Translations under genes and position numbers: made by a program
Notes under the pieces: model-generated
Database searches by the model: none
What the model was told of the DNA's origin: nothing
What the model saw: the letters and a program-made list of their open reading frames with translations, nothing else
Shown here: piece by piece, positions 38,527 through 47,619 of the stretch
Position numbering within the stretch: the stretch's first letter is position 1
Layout: each line of letters starts with the position of its first letter
DNA from: Candidatus Sericytochromatia bacterium
Lineage (GTDB): Bacteria > Cyanobacteriota > Sericytochromatia > S15B-MN24 > VGJW01
DNA length: 64,000 nt
Reading direction: 5' to 3'
Assembly (NCBI GenBank): GCA_035285865.1
Contig: JAYKHS010000030.1
Coordinates: 96,001 to 160,000, forward strand

Positions 38527-38692
38527 GACCGAATTCTCCAGCTTTCAGAAAAGGAACAGGGAAGCCACACGCTTCCGACAACCTGTGCTAGGATAGATGG
38601 ACCGGGCCGTTCCGTCAAATCCCGCGACGCGGGTCCCGGCCCATCTGGTCCTTTTCCGGGCGTTCGTAGCCCACTTGTCCAGGAGTCCTTTC

Positions 38693-38854
38693 ATGGCAGC
38701 CAGCGGTCACCGCGTGATCATCAAGCTCCGCAGCACGGAGAGCCCCTACCAGTACACGACCTTCAAGAGCAAGCGGAATGATCCCGACCGCCTCGTGCTC
38801 AAGAAGTACGATCCGGTCGTGAAGCGCCACGTCGAATTCAAGGAGACCAAGTAA
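38693..38854 (+). CDS. rpmG: 50S ribosomal protein L33 (Cys-free, C- type)
   Basis: [10 protein letters not shown]...[41 protein letters not shown]. Confidence 0.96.
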   Translation: MAASGHRVIIKLRSTESPYQYTTFKSKRNDPDRLVLKKYDPVVKRHVEFKETK

Positions 38855-39096
38855 TGGCGGCCGATAACAAGAAGCGTCAGCGCAAGCGTCGTCGCAAGCC
38901 TTGCCCCTTCCTGTCGGGTCAGGTCGACAAGGTCATCGACTACAAGGACGTGATGACGCTGCGTCGGTTCGTGTCCGAGGACGGCAAGATTCTCCCTCGG
39001 CGGGTGACGGGCGTCAGCGCCAAGTATCAGCGGATCGTGAACGTCGCCATCGGTCGGGCGCGCGAGATCGCGCTGCTTCCCTACCAGAAGCGGTAG
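38854..39096 (+). CDS. rpsR: 30S ribosomal protein S18
   Basis: [26 protein letters not shown]...QR...[13 protein letters not shown]. Confidence 0.96.
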   Translation: MAADNKKRQRKRRRKPCPFLSGQVDKVIDYKDVMTLRRFVSEDGKILPRRVTGVSAKYQRIVNVAIGRAREIALLPYQKR

Positions 39097-39195
39097 TCGT
39101 CTCCGAACTTCGGGCTCCGGGTTGCGCCTGTCGCAATCCGGGGCCTACGCCTTTGGGGAAGCACTGCAGCCTTGACGCGCGGACTCGCTCCTTGG

Positions 39196-40530
39196 TCAGT
39201 GATCATTGCGAGAACTGCCTCGCAGCAGCATCCAGGCGAGGCCGGCACCGATCCCGATGGCCGCGGATCGGACCAGCCTGTCTTGCCTTTCGGCGCGGGC
39301 CTTGGCCTCAGCATAGGGCAGGCGTGTGAAGGTCACCATGTGGTAGAGCGACATCCACTGGTCCGGGAGCCAGCGCTGCAGCTGCTGATCGAGCGCGTGA
39401 CGCCACTTGTAGCTGCGCTTCGCGACCGAGTCGCGCATCTCGACGAAGTTGCACATGGCGAGTTCGGCAAGCGCATCCGTGTGGGGCTTGCGTCGGGCGG
39501 CATAGCGCGACAGGGCCAGACGGCGGTCCTCCGGGGCCATCGCCAACTCCTCGGCCAGCACCACGACGTCCTCAAAGGACGCATTCATGCCTTGTCCGTA
39601 GAAGGGCACCACGGCATGGGCCGCGTCGCCCACCAGCGCCACGCAGTCGTCCACGATCCAAGGATCGCACTTCACGAGGACCAGCGACCGGACGGGGTTT
39701 TCGCGCCAGGAATCATCGAAGTCGGGCAGCATCGGCAGGGCATCGGGAAACCATTCCCGGAAAAACTGCCGGGCATCCGCGACGGACTCCAGGTTGGCGA
39801 AGCTCTCGGCGCCTTCGAACGGCAGAAAGAGCGTGCCGGTGAAACTGCCGTCAGGGTTCGGCAGGCCGATGAGCATGTGGTTGCCACGAGGCCAGATGTG
39901 CAGAGCGCCCGGGTCCATGGCGAATGCACCATCAGGCTGGGCCGGGAATGAAATTTCCTTGTAGCCCCAGTCGATGAACTGCTGCTCGTAATCGAATCTG
40001 TCGCGACGCTGCATCTGGCGACGGACAGCGGAGAAGGCCCCGTCCGTGCCGAACAGCGTCAAAAAGGCTTCCTCGCCCCGCGAACCGTCAGCCTTGGACC
40101 ACGTGAGTACCTTGCGCTCGGCATCGAACCCGTCGACACCCTGATCGAAGAGGATCTCCACTTCCGGACAGCGCTCGGCTTCCTCGACGAGCAGCATGTT
40201 GAGTTCGGCACGACCGATGGACAGGATCACGTCCTCGGGATGGATGCCGTAGGGCTGCAACTCGAGCGTCTCATCCTGGCCATGAATCATGCGGCCACGC
40301 ATCGGCAACGCCTTCTCGAGGACTTTCTCCTCGAGGCCGACGCAGGCCAGCGCATGTCGGCCACGCGTGGACAGGGCCATGTTGATGGAGCGTCCCGGGG
40401 GCTGCGGCACCTTGCGCGGGTCGGGGCGCCGTTCGAGGACACGCACTCGATGGCCCCTTCTTCCAAGCGTCAGGGCCAGCAGGGCACCTGCGAGTCCTGC
40501 CCCCGCGATGGTGAATTCGGGTATGTTCAT
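39196..40530 (-). CDS. kmo: kynurenine 3-monooxygenase
   Basis: GAGLAG, GRSINMALSTRG, LHIWPRG, PNPDGSFT, GDAAHAVVPFYGQGMNASFED and NFVEMRD motifs. Confidence 0.93.
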   Translation of the reverse strand: MNIPEFTIAGAGLAGALLALTLGRRGHRVRVLERRPDPRKVPQPPGRSINMALSTRGRHALACVGLEEKVLEKALPMRGRMIHGQDETLELQPYGIHPEDVILSIGRAELNMLLVEEAERCPEVEILFDQGVDGFDAERKVLTWSKADGSRGEEAFLTLFGTDGAFSAVRRQMQRRDRFDYEQQFIDWGYKEISFPAQPDGAFAMDPGALHIWPRGNHMLIGLPNPDGSFTGTLFLPFEGAESFANLESVADARQFFREWFPDALPMLPDFDDSWRENPVRSLVLVKCDPWIVDDCVALVGDAAHAVVPFYGQGMNASFEDVVVLAEELAMAPEDRRLALSRYAARRKPHTDALAELAMCNFVEMRDSVAKRSYKWRHALDQQLQRWLPDQWMSLYHMVTFTRLPYAEAKARAERQDRLVRSAAIGIGAGLAWMLLRGSSRNDH

Positions 40531-41747
40531 GCCTGTTGCTCCAGCACGTGAAGGAAGCGGTCGAGGTCTGCCTCGCTATTGTAGAGGGGCGCCGCAGCCA
40601 GACGCAGGACATCCGGTGCCCTGAGATCGCAGACGATGCCGGCGGCCTCCAGTGCCGCGTGGACGGCTCGGGCCCGTTCGCCCAGGGCAAGACAAGTCAT
40701 GGCCCCGCGGCGATCCGGTGCCTCGGGTGTCAGCAGCCGAATCCACGGTCTGTCCAGCCGTGCGAGGCCGCTGCGCAGATGGTTCGTCAGGTCGATGGCC
40801 CTCGCGTGCAGGCGTTCGATGCCGACGCTGTCGAAGACACGCAGCGAGGCGCGCACAGCCACCATCGACAGCACGGGTGCATTGCTCAGTTGCCACCCTT
40901 CCACGCCGGGTTGCGGATGGAAAGGCGGCTCCTCGGCGAATCGCGTCGCCGGATCGTGGCCCCACCAGCCACCGAGACGCGGCAGGTCCGTCCGCCCGTG
41001 ATGGCGCTCGTGGACGAAGGCTCCGCCTACACTGCCCGGACCGCTGTTGAGATATTTGTAGCTACACCATACTGCAAAATCTGCATTGCTGTCATGTAGC
41101 TTTATTGGCATGTTGCCGGCTGCATGGGCGAGGTCGAATCCGGCCAGTGCGCCGACGGCGTGGGCTGCACGAGTCAGGGCCTCGAGATCGAAAGCCTCAC
41201 CCGTCAACCAGTCCACGCCCGGAAGCCACACCAGTGCCAGTCGTTCGCCCTCGCGGGCGATGGCGTCAAGCAGGTCCTCGGGACGGAAGTGGTTCTCTCC
41301 TGGCCTTGGGCGCAGCGGTACCAGATCCTCTGCCGGATCACCCCCGTGCCAGCGCACCTGGGTTTCCAGAGCGAAACGGTCCGAAGGAAAGGCATGGGCT
41401 TCGAAGAGGATCCGTCGCCGTTTGCCCGACGGGCGATGGAACGAGGCGAAGAGCAGATGCAGGTTGGCCGTCAGGCTGTTCATCATGATGGCCTCGTGGG
41501 GACGGGCACCTACCAGGCGTGAAAGCGGCCCCTGCACGGTCTCGTGGAAGGCATACCACGGGTCCGGTTGCGAGAAGTGACCCGCGACGCCCTCCCGCGC
41601 CCATCGTGCCAGCTCAGCCTCCATGTCCCGCGCCGTGGCGACGGGCTGCAATCCGAGCGAGTGTCCGGCGAGGTACGCCTTGGGGCGTCCGGAGGCATCC
41701 GCAGGGATGTGGAACTGGCCGGTCGGCAGGATAAGGTGGTCGGTCAC
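40527..41747 (-). CDS. kynU: kynureninase
   Basis: YLAGHSLGLQP, MNSLTANLHL, FPSD, DLAHAAGN, WCSYKYLNSGPG, GWWGH and APLYNS motifs. Confidence 0.94.
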   Translation of the reverse strand: MTDHLILPTGQFHIPADASGRPKAYLAGHSLGLQPVATARDMEAELARWAREGVAGHFSQPDPWYAFHETVQGPLSRLVGARPHEAIMMNSLTANLHLLFASFHRPSGKRRRILFEAHAFPSDRFALETQVRWHGGDPAEDLVPLRPRPGENHFRPEDLLDAIAREGERLALVWLPGVDWLTGEAFDLEALTRAAHAVGALAGFDLAHAAGNMPIKLHDSNADFAVWCSYKYLNSGPGSVGGAFVHERHHGRTDLPRLGGWWGHDPATRFAEEPPFHPQPGVEGWQLSNAPVLSMVAVRASLRVFDSVGIERLHARAIDLTNHLRSGLARLDRPWIRLLTPEAPDRRGAMTCLALGERARAVHAALEAAGIVCDLRAPDVLRLAAAPLYNSEADLDRFLHVLEQQA

Positions 41748-41762
41748 GGGGAAGTTTCCGGT

Positions 41763-42536
41763 TCAGGCAGCGGGCGAGACGGGAAGCCAGACGGGGCGGG
41801 CAGGGGCGGCATCCCGATCGAAGGGAGCGATCTGGAGATTCAGCAGGCCGATGCCATCGGGCAGAGCTGCCGGCAACCAGGCCATCTCGGTGATGGTGTG
41901 CGCGCTTCCGCCTGTCGGGCGTTCTCCCGCTCCCAGACCCCAGAAGGCCCTGTGGGCCGCCAGCGCTCCGCCATCCCATTCCGGTTCGAGTGAGGGCAGA
42001 TCGGTCACGACATGGCGACATCCCTGTTCCCGCAGCCAGCCGGCTGCCTCGGCCGTGATGAATCGTCTCGCCAGGCCAGACCAGTCTCGGGGGCCGTCCA
42101 TCGGCGGAGCCAGTCGGATGACGACGGCCTCGCGCCAGGACGCGGGCCACGGCTCAAGTGCCCGCCGCAGCACCTCGGCCGTGAGCGGGGCCGTGGCGTC
42201 GTCGAAGGTCGGACTGACCAGGGTTGCTGGCACAAGCACGTCCACGAGGTCTCGGTGAACCGGCAGTGGGCGGTCCGCCAGATGCCCGATGCCTTCCGTG
42301 TGCGTGCCGTGCGCATGAGGAATGAGCGTGAGGACTTCGCAACGGCAGGAGCCGCCCTCTGCAGGTTCGCCCGTGAAGCTACCGGCACGCACCGTCTCCA
42401 CCGTGGCTCTGGGCAAACCGAAGGCGCCGGCTTGCCGTCCGGCGAAATCGAGGCCGTAGGCCAACACCCGTGCGCTATCAAGCCTGACGGAGCAGACCGT
42501 TCCTGCGACCTCAGCCCGGAGTGTCAGGCCTGTCAC
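41763..42536 (-). CDS. kynB: cyclase-family protein, probable kynurenine formamidase
   Basis: PHAHGTHTE, DLPSLEPEWDGGALAAH, TITE and DAAPARP motifs; located inside the kynurenine cluster. Confidence 0.75.
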   Translation of the reverse strand: MTGLTLRAEVAGTVCSVRLDSARVLAYGLDFAGRQAGAFGLPRATVETVRAGSFTGEPAEGGSCRCEVLTLIPHAHGTHTEGIGHLADRPLPVHRDLVDVLVPATLVSPTFDDATAPLTAEVLRRALEPWPASWREAVVIRLAPPMDGPRDWSGLARRFITAEAAGWLREQGCRHVVTDLPSLEPEWDGGALAAHRAFWGLGAGERPTGGSAHTITEMAWLPAALPDGIGLLNLQIAPFDRDAAPARPVWLPVSPAA

Positions 42537-43531
42537 GCCGGAGCCCCGAGGAAGGAGAGGGCGTTCCGTTCGAGCAGATCGCTGGCGATTTCGGGTCGGT
42601 CGGGCCAGGCATGCCGTACGGCGTCTCCGGCCACTGCCTCTCCCAGAGGAAAGGGGAAGTCCGTGCCGAGCATCAGCCGGTCAAGGCCGCTCTTATCCGC
42701 GAGCAGACGCAGGCTTGCAGCATCCTGGACCAGGCTGTCCACCCAGAATCGCGGCCATTGCTCGGACGGGGGCTTGGCGGTCCGCGTCGCGCAGAGGTCC
42801 GGTCTTGCCACGAATCCGCGGTCGAAGCGCCCGAGCAGGTACGGTACCGCGCCGCCGCCGTGGGCCAGGCCCACGCGCAGGTCCGGAAGCCGATCGAGCA
42901 CGCCCCCGAACATCAGGCTGCCTGCCGCAAGGGCCGTTTCGGCCGGCATGCCGACCAGCCAAGGGGCGAACCAGGAGGGCATTCGTTCTGCGGCCATCAT
43001 GTCCCACGGATGCAGGAACACGGCTGCCCCCAGCGAAGCCGCGGCGGAAAGCACGGTCTCGAGTGCCGGGTCGTCCCAGTTCCGACCCAGAACGTGGGTC
43101 CCCAGTTGCACCCCGCGCAGCCCCAGGTCGCGCACGCATCGCTCCAGTTCGGACACGGCCAGATCCGGGGCCTGGAGGGGCAGCGTGCCGAGCCCCAGAA
43201 AGCGATCCGGGCGCTCCCGGACCCACGAGGCCACGTGGTCATTGAGCAGGCGAGCCAGGTCAAGGGCTGCCTTGCCGGGGGCCCAGTAGCTGAACATCAC
43301 CGGTACCGTCGACAACACATGGCGGTCGATACCGGCTTCGTCCATCGCGGCAAGTCGCGCGGACCGGTCCCAGAGCCGCGCGTCCACGTCGCGAAGGGGC
43401 TTGTCCCCGACCATCAGCTTGCTGCAGCCCATCTCTCCATGAACCAGCGCGGGCCATGGACCGGATCCCCAGCGGTCGGCCATGTCCGGCCACGCGCGCG
43501 GGAGGACATGCGTATGGACGTCCAGCATCAT
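42533..43531 (-). CDS. nbaD: 2-amino-3-carboxymuconate-6-semialdehyde decarboxylase (amidohydrolase_2)
   Basis: DVHTH, STVPVMFSY, HPWDM, PWLVGMPAET, AHGGG and GTDFPFPLGE motifs. Confidence 0.92.
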   Translation of the reverse strand: MMLDVHTHVLPRAWPDMADRWGSGPWPALVHGEMGCSKLMVGDKPLRDVDARLWDRSARLAAMDEAGIDRHVLSTVPVMFSYWAPGKAALDLARLLNDHVASWVRERPDRFLGLGTLPLQAPDLAVSELERCVRDLGLRGVQLGTHVLGRNWDDPALETVLSAAASLGAAVFLHPWDMMAAERMPSWFAPWLVGMPAETALAAGSLMFGGVLDRLPDLRVGLAHGGGAVPYLLGRFDRGFVARPDLCATRTAKPPSEQWPRFWVDSLVQDAASLRLLADKSGLDRLMLGTDFPFPLGEAVAGDAVRHAWPDRPEIASDLLERNALSFLGAPA

Positions 43532-44055
43532 GTGGCGTGTGGTGGCTCCATCACCGTGCCGCAGGACTTGCACGTGCGCTGGGTGGCTTCGCCGCTCCAG
43601 AACTTGGCGAAGGCCTCGGCAAGCTGGGTCTCCAGATCGGAAACCGGCAGGGTGACCTCGTGCAGTTTCAGACCGCACGCCTCGCACGCCCAAAGGAAGC
43701 CGTCGAAGTCCTCCGGCAGTCGAGGGCGCTCGATGACGAGGCCCAGCGTTCCCGGCCCACGTCGTGGCGAGTGGGGTACGCGCCTGGGCAGGAGCAGGGT
43801 CTCGCCTTCACGAACCCGGACGTCCACGGGCTTGTCGTCGATCAGCAGCTTCAGCAGGAGGTCGCCCTCGAGTTGGTGGAAGTACTCCTCGTAAGGGTCG
43901 ATGTGATAGTCCTTGCGGGCGTTGGGTCCGCCGACCGCCATCACGATCAGGTCCTCTCCCCGGTAGAGGCACTTGTTGCCTACGGGCGGCTTGAGTTGAT
44001 CCCGGTTGGCTTTGAGCCATGCCTGAAGATTGATGGGCGTGAAGGGTGGAAGCAT
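43528..44055 (-). CDS. nbaC: 3-hydroxyanthranilate 3,4-dioxygenase
   Basis: LKPPVGNK, VGGPNARKDYH, EEYFHQ, PHSP and two CxxC (CEAC, CKSC). Confidence 0.95.
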   Translation of the reverse strand: MLPPFTPINLQAWLKANRDQLKPPVGNKCLYRGEDLIVMAVGGPNARKDYHIDPYEEYFHQLEGDLLLKLLIDDKPVDVRVREGETLLLPRRVPHSPRRGPGTLGLVIERPRLPEDFDGFLWACEACGLKLHEVTLPVSDLETQLAEAFAKFWSGEATQRTCKSCGTVMEPPHAT

Positions 44056-44061
44056 CGGGAC

Positions 44062-44844
44062 TCAGGCCTCACCTGCCGCTGCCAGCGTGATGCTGCCGAG
44101 CGCTTGCGCCTCCACGACCACGTGCCGGCCGGGAGCCAGGGGATGAGCTGCAGTCAGACCACCCGTCAGGACGATCTGTCCCGGTTCGAGGTGTTCTCCG
44201 CGCGCGTGCAGCAGGCGGGCCAAGGCCATGAGCGCCCGTACGGGGTGATCCATCACGGCAGCGCTGCTGGCAGCTTCGGCCAACTGCCCATCCACGGTCA
44301 TGACCACGCCCAGATTGCCAAGATCAATCGTGTCGGGTCTGCACCAGCAGGTGCCCAGAACATAGGCGGCGGCAGAGGTGTTGTCGGCCAGGACCTCCCC
44401 TAGGGTAAACCGGTAGCCGACATAGCGGCTGTCGAGAACCTCGACGCCCAGCGTGACGGCTTCGATGGCTTCCTGAGCCTCCCGGAAACCCGGTGCGGGG
44501 CCCGGATCGTGCTTCATCCGGAAAACGATCTCGGGTTCGACCTTGGGTTGTTGCCAACCCGTCGTCCGGATCACGCCAGCCTGAACCTCCATCGCTGCGA
44601 GCAGATAGCCGGCAATCGGGGCGTCGAGGTTCATCTGGCGCATCTTTGCAAGGCTGGTGAATCCCATCTTCCAGCCGGAAAGCGCTTCGCCCGCCGCAAG
44701 GCGCAGGCTTCGACCACTGGCCTGAACGGCATAGCCGTCGCCAACTTCGAGTCCGGGCCACGGGCGTTCGTCCGCCTCGAGCAATCGACCGGACCTCCGC
44801 GCCTCATCCAGAAGGCATGCCCACTCGTCGTATGCCGTGGTCAT
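44062..44844 (-). CDS. 4-oxalocrotonate decarboxylase (FAH family)
   Basis: GWKMGFTSLAKMRQM, QPKVEPEI, EVLDSRY, ADNTS and LTGG motifs. Confidence 0.82.
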   Translation of the reverse strand: MTTAYDEWACLLDEARRSGRLLEADERPWPGLEVGDGYAVQASGRSLRLAAGEALSGWKMGFTSLAKMRQMNLDAPIAGYLLAAMEVQAGVIRTTGWQQPKVEPEIVFRMKHDPGPAPGFREAQEAIEAVTLGVEVLDSRYVGYRFTLGEVLADNTSAAAYVLGTCWCRPDTIDLGNLGVVMTVDGQLAEAASSAAVMDHPVRALMALARLLHARGEHLEPGQIVLTGGLTAAHPLAPGRHVVVEAQALGSITLAAAGEA

Positions 44845-45686
44845 CGGTTTGCCTCTCGGGCAAGGCTGACCGTCCCGACGCCCGAGACTCGGGCTTCGAC
44901 ATGGTCTCCCGGAAGGAAGGGAACGACAGGCCCCATCGCGCCCGAGAGCACGATGTGGCCAGACTCGATACGTGTACCGGCAGCCCCGAGCGTTCGTGCC
45001 AACCAAGCGACGGCTTCAGCCGGATGTCCGAGGCAGGCTGCCCCGGCACCGGTTGCCACGACTTCCCCATTGCGCAGCATCGTCATGCCGAGCAACCGCA
45101 TGTCGAGGCCAAGTGGCGAAACAGGCGTGAGGCCCAGCGTGAAGTACGCAGAACTGGCGTTGTCGGCGATGGTGTCCACGATCGTCAGGTTCCAGTCAGC
45201 CACTCGGGAGTCGATGACCTCGAGCGCAGGCAGCACGAAGGCCGTGGCTCTCAGGACATCGGCAGGCGTGCAACCCTGGGTCGGCAGAGACTCGCGCATC
45301 ACGAAGGCGATTTCCGCTTCGATGCGTGCCTGCAGCAGTGTGCCGCCCGGACAGGAAACACCGGCCGGGATGCGCATGCTGTCGAGCAGGACCCCGAAGT
45401 CCGGTTGATCGAAGCCCAGCCACTGCTGGACAGCCTTGCTGGTGACGCCCACCTTGTGGCCGACGACGACCGGAGCGTGATCGCGCTGGGTAGGGACCAC
45501 GGCATTGAGGTGAGGCAGGCGGCCGACGCGACGTGACATGTTGGCCTTCTGCACGCGATAGGCCTGCTCGAGGGTCAGTCCCGGCACGGCGTCCCTGGGA
45601 GGAAGCATGGTGCGACCGTTCCGCTCCGCTTCGGCGAGTTGATCGGCGAGGGTGGCCAGTGCCTGATCCTCCACGGCCGGGTTCAC
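44841..45686 (-). CDS. 2-keto-4-pentenoate hydratase (FAH family)
   Basis: GHKVGVTSKAVQ, DQPDFG, EAEIAF, EVIDSRV, DTIADNASS and GAGAACLGHP motifs. Confidence 0.88.
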   Translation of the reverse strand: MNPAVEDQALATLADQLAEAERNGRTMLPPRDAVPGLTLEQAYRVQKANMSRRVGRLPHLNAVVPTQRDHAPVVVGHKVGVTSKAVQQWLGFDQPDFGVLLDSMRIPAGVSCPGGTLLQARIEAEIAFVMRESLPTQGCTPADVLRATAFVLPALEVIDSRVADWNLTIVDTIADNASSAYFTLGLTPVSPLGLDMRLLGMTMLRNGEVVATGAGAACLGHPAEAVAWLARTLGAAGTRIESGHIVLSGAMGPVVPFLPGDHVEARVSGVGTVSLAREANR

Positions 45687-46135
45687 CGGCGTACCCTCGG
45701 ATCGACGGCCACGACCTTGAGTTCGATCAACAGGTCGGCAAGGGGTAACGAGCGGACGACACAGGTCGTTCGGGTCGGGGCGGAGACAGCCGGGAAACGG
45801 CGATTCCAAGCCGTGTTGAAGGCCGGGTAGTCCGCGAGGTCAACCAGCATGGCGAAGACATCGACCACATGTGTCAGGTCGGCACCGGCTGCAGCGAGGA
45901 TGCGTTCGAGATTCTCGAAGACCCCGTCAGCCTGAGCCGCGAAGTCACGCGTGACGCCCTGGGGGCCACGGACGACGCCAGGAATGGTCTGGTCGGGACG
46001 ACGGGCGGACAGGCCCGAAACCCAGAGCAGTCCGCCAGCTGCCCTTGCGTGCGGGTAATGGGCCAGCGTCCCGGTGCCCTCGGTCAGGACATAGCCAGTT
46101 CCATTGGGGCCCTCGTGGAGTGATGCGGTGGTCAT
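45683..46135 (-). CDS. 2-aminomuconate deaminase (RidA/YjgF family)
   Basis: YPHAR, VSGLSARRPD, FNTAWN, PTRTT and LLIELK motifs; pathway context. Confidence 0.82.
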   Translation of the reverse strand: MTTASLHEGPNGTGYVLTEGTGTLAHYPHARAAGGLLWVSGLSARRPDQTIPGVVRGPQGVTRDFAAQADGVFENLERILAAAGADLTHVVDVFAMLVDLADYPAFNTAWNRRFPAVSAPTRTTCVVRSLPLADLLIELKVVAVDPRVRR

Positions 46136-47619
46136 GATTCTCCCCAAGGGATGCAGATGGTCCGCGTCTCACTGAAGAAGTCGAGCGACCAGGTGCCGCC
46201 CTCGCGCCCGATGCCCGAAGCCTTGACGCCGCCGAAGGGGGTCCTGAGATCGCGGAGGTACCACGAGTTGACCCAAGTCAGGCCCGCCTCCAGACGTCGG
46301 CTGACACGCATGGCGCGTTCGAGGTCTCGGGTCCAGATGACGCCGGCGAGCCCGTAGGGCGAGGCATTGGCCATGGTCAGCGCTTCGTCCTCGGTATCGA
46401 AGGGCGCCACGTGGCAGACAGGCCCGAATACTTCCTCCCGGACGCACGGGTGGTCTTCCGAGAGATCCGTCCAGACCGTCGGGGCAAACCACCATCCGCC
46501 TGCCAGATCGTCGGGCATCTCGGGCACTACGCCTCCGGCGCGGACCGTGCCCGAGGCTTCGGCCAGAGCAGCGTAACGACGGATGCGCTCGCGTTGTCCC
46601 TCGGAGATGACCGGGCCGAGTCGCGTCTCCGCTTGCCAAGGGTCGCCGGGCACCCATTTCCTTGCCTCGGCTGCGAGACGCTCCACGAAGGGCTCGTAGA
46701 GGGAGCGGGCGACGTAGATCCGTTCGGTGCAAAGGCAGACCTGGCCCGTGTTCAGGAACGCCGAACGCGCCGTGCCGGCCACGGCTGCGTCGAGGTCCGC
46801 GTCCTCGAGCACGAGGGCGGCATTCTTGCCTCCCAACTCGAAGGACAGGGCCTTCAGGCCGTCGGCTGCGGTGGCCATGATGGCCCGGCCGGTGGCGCTC
46901 TCACCGGTAAACGCGATGGCTCGGATGTCCGGATGCCGGACGAGGGCTTCGCCTGCTCCGCCTGCGCCCAACCCATGGACCACGTTGAAAACCCCGTCCG
47001 GAACGCCGACCTCAGCCATGATCTCGGCCAGCAGGCAAGCCGTCGTCGGAGTCTCCTCGCTGGGCTTGACGATGACGACGTTGCCCATGGCCAGCGCCGG
47101 TGCTGCCTTGAAGGTCAGCAGCAGCAACGGCAGGTTCCACGGGACGATGAGGCCGACGATGCCGATGGGCGCGCGCAGAACGGTGTTCATCACATCGAGA
47201 CCGTCCGCGGTACGCATCCGGAAGACCTCATCGGCACGTCCCCGAGCAATGGCCGCGAAGGACCTGAAGTTGGCCGCCGCCCGCGGCAGTTCCCACGAGC
47301 GTGCCTCGTGGGCTGGTTTGCCGGTATCGCCTACTTCGGCGGCGACCAGATCCTCGAGGCGTTCGAGCAAGCGGTCGGCGATCCGATCGAGCAGGTCGCA
47401 ACGCGCTGCGGTCGACATCCGTCCCCAAGGGCCTTCAAGCGCCTTTCGTGCTGCTTGCACGGCCATGGCCACCTCGGCCTCGCCACCCAGCGCAAGCTGG
47501 CCATGCACCTGCCCGGTGGTCGGATTGCGCAGCGGCCGGGTCTCGCCGTCGGCATCCAGCCATTGCCCGCCGATGAAGTGGCGCCGCAGCCCCGATGCAG
47601 TCGCGGTCGGCATGACCAT
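46132..47619 (-). CDS. 2-aminomuconic/2-hydroxymuconic semialdehyde dehydrogenase
   Basis: PWNLPLLLLTFK, FTGESATG, FELGGKNA, NTGQVCLCTERIYV, EEVFGP and LRDLRTPFGG motifs. Confidence 0.92.
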   Translation of the reverse strand: MVMPTATASGLRRHFIGGQWLDADGETRPLRNPTTGQVHGQLALGGEAEVAMAVQAARKALEGPWGRMSTAARCDLLDRIADRLLERLEDLVAAEVGDTGKPAHEARSWELPRAAANFRSFAAIARGRADEVFRMRTADGLDVMNTVLRAPIGIVGLIVPWNLPLLLLTFKAAPALAMGNVVIVKPSEETPTTACLLAEIMAEVGVPDGVFNVVHGLGAGGAGEALVRHPDIRAIAFTGESATGRAIMATAADGLKALSFELGGKNAALVLEDADLDAAVAGTARSAFLNTGQVCLCTERIYVARSLYEPFVERLAAEARKWVPGDPWQAETRLGPVISEGQRERIRRYAALAEASGTVRAGGVVPEMPDDLAGGWWFAPTVWTDLSEDHPCVREEVFGPVCHVAPFDTEDEALTMANASPYGLAGVIWTRDLERAMRVSRRLEAGLTWVNSWYLRDLRTPFGGVKASGIGREGGTWSLDFFSETRTICIPWGES

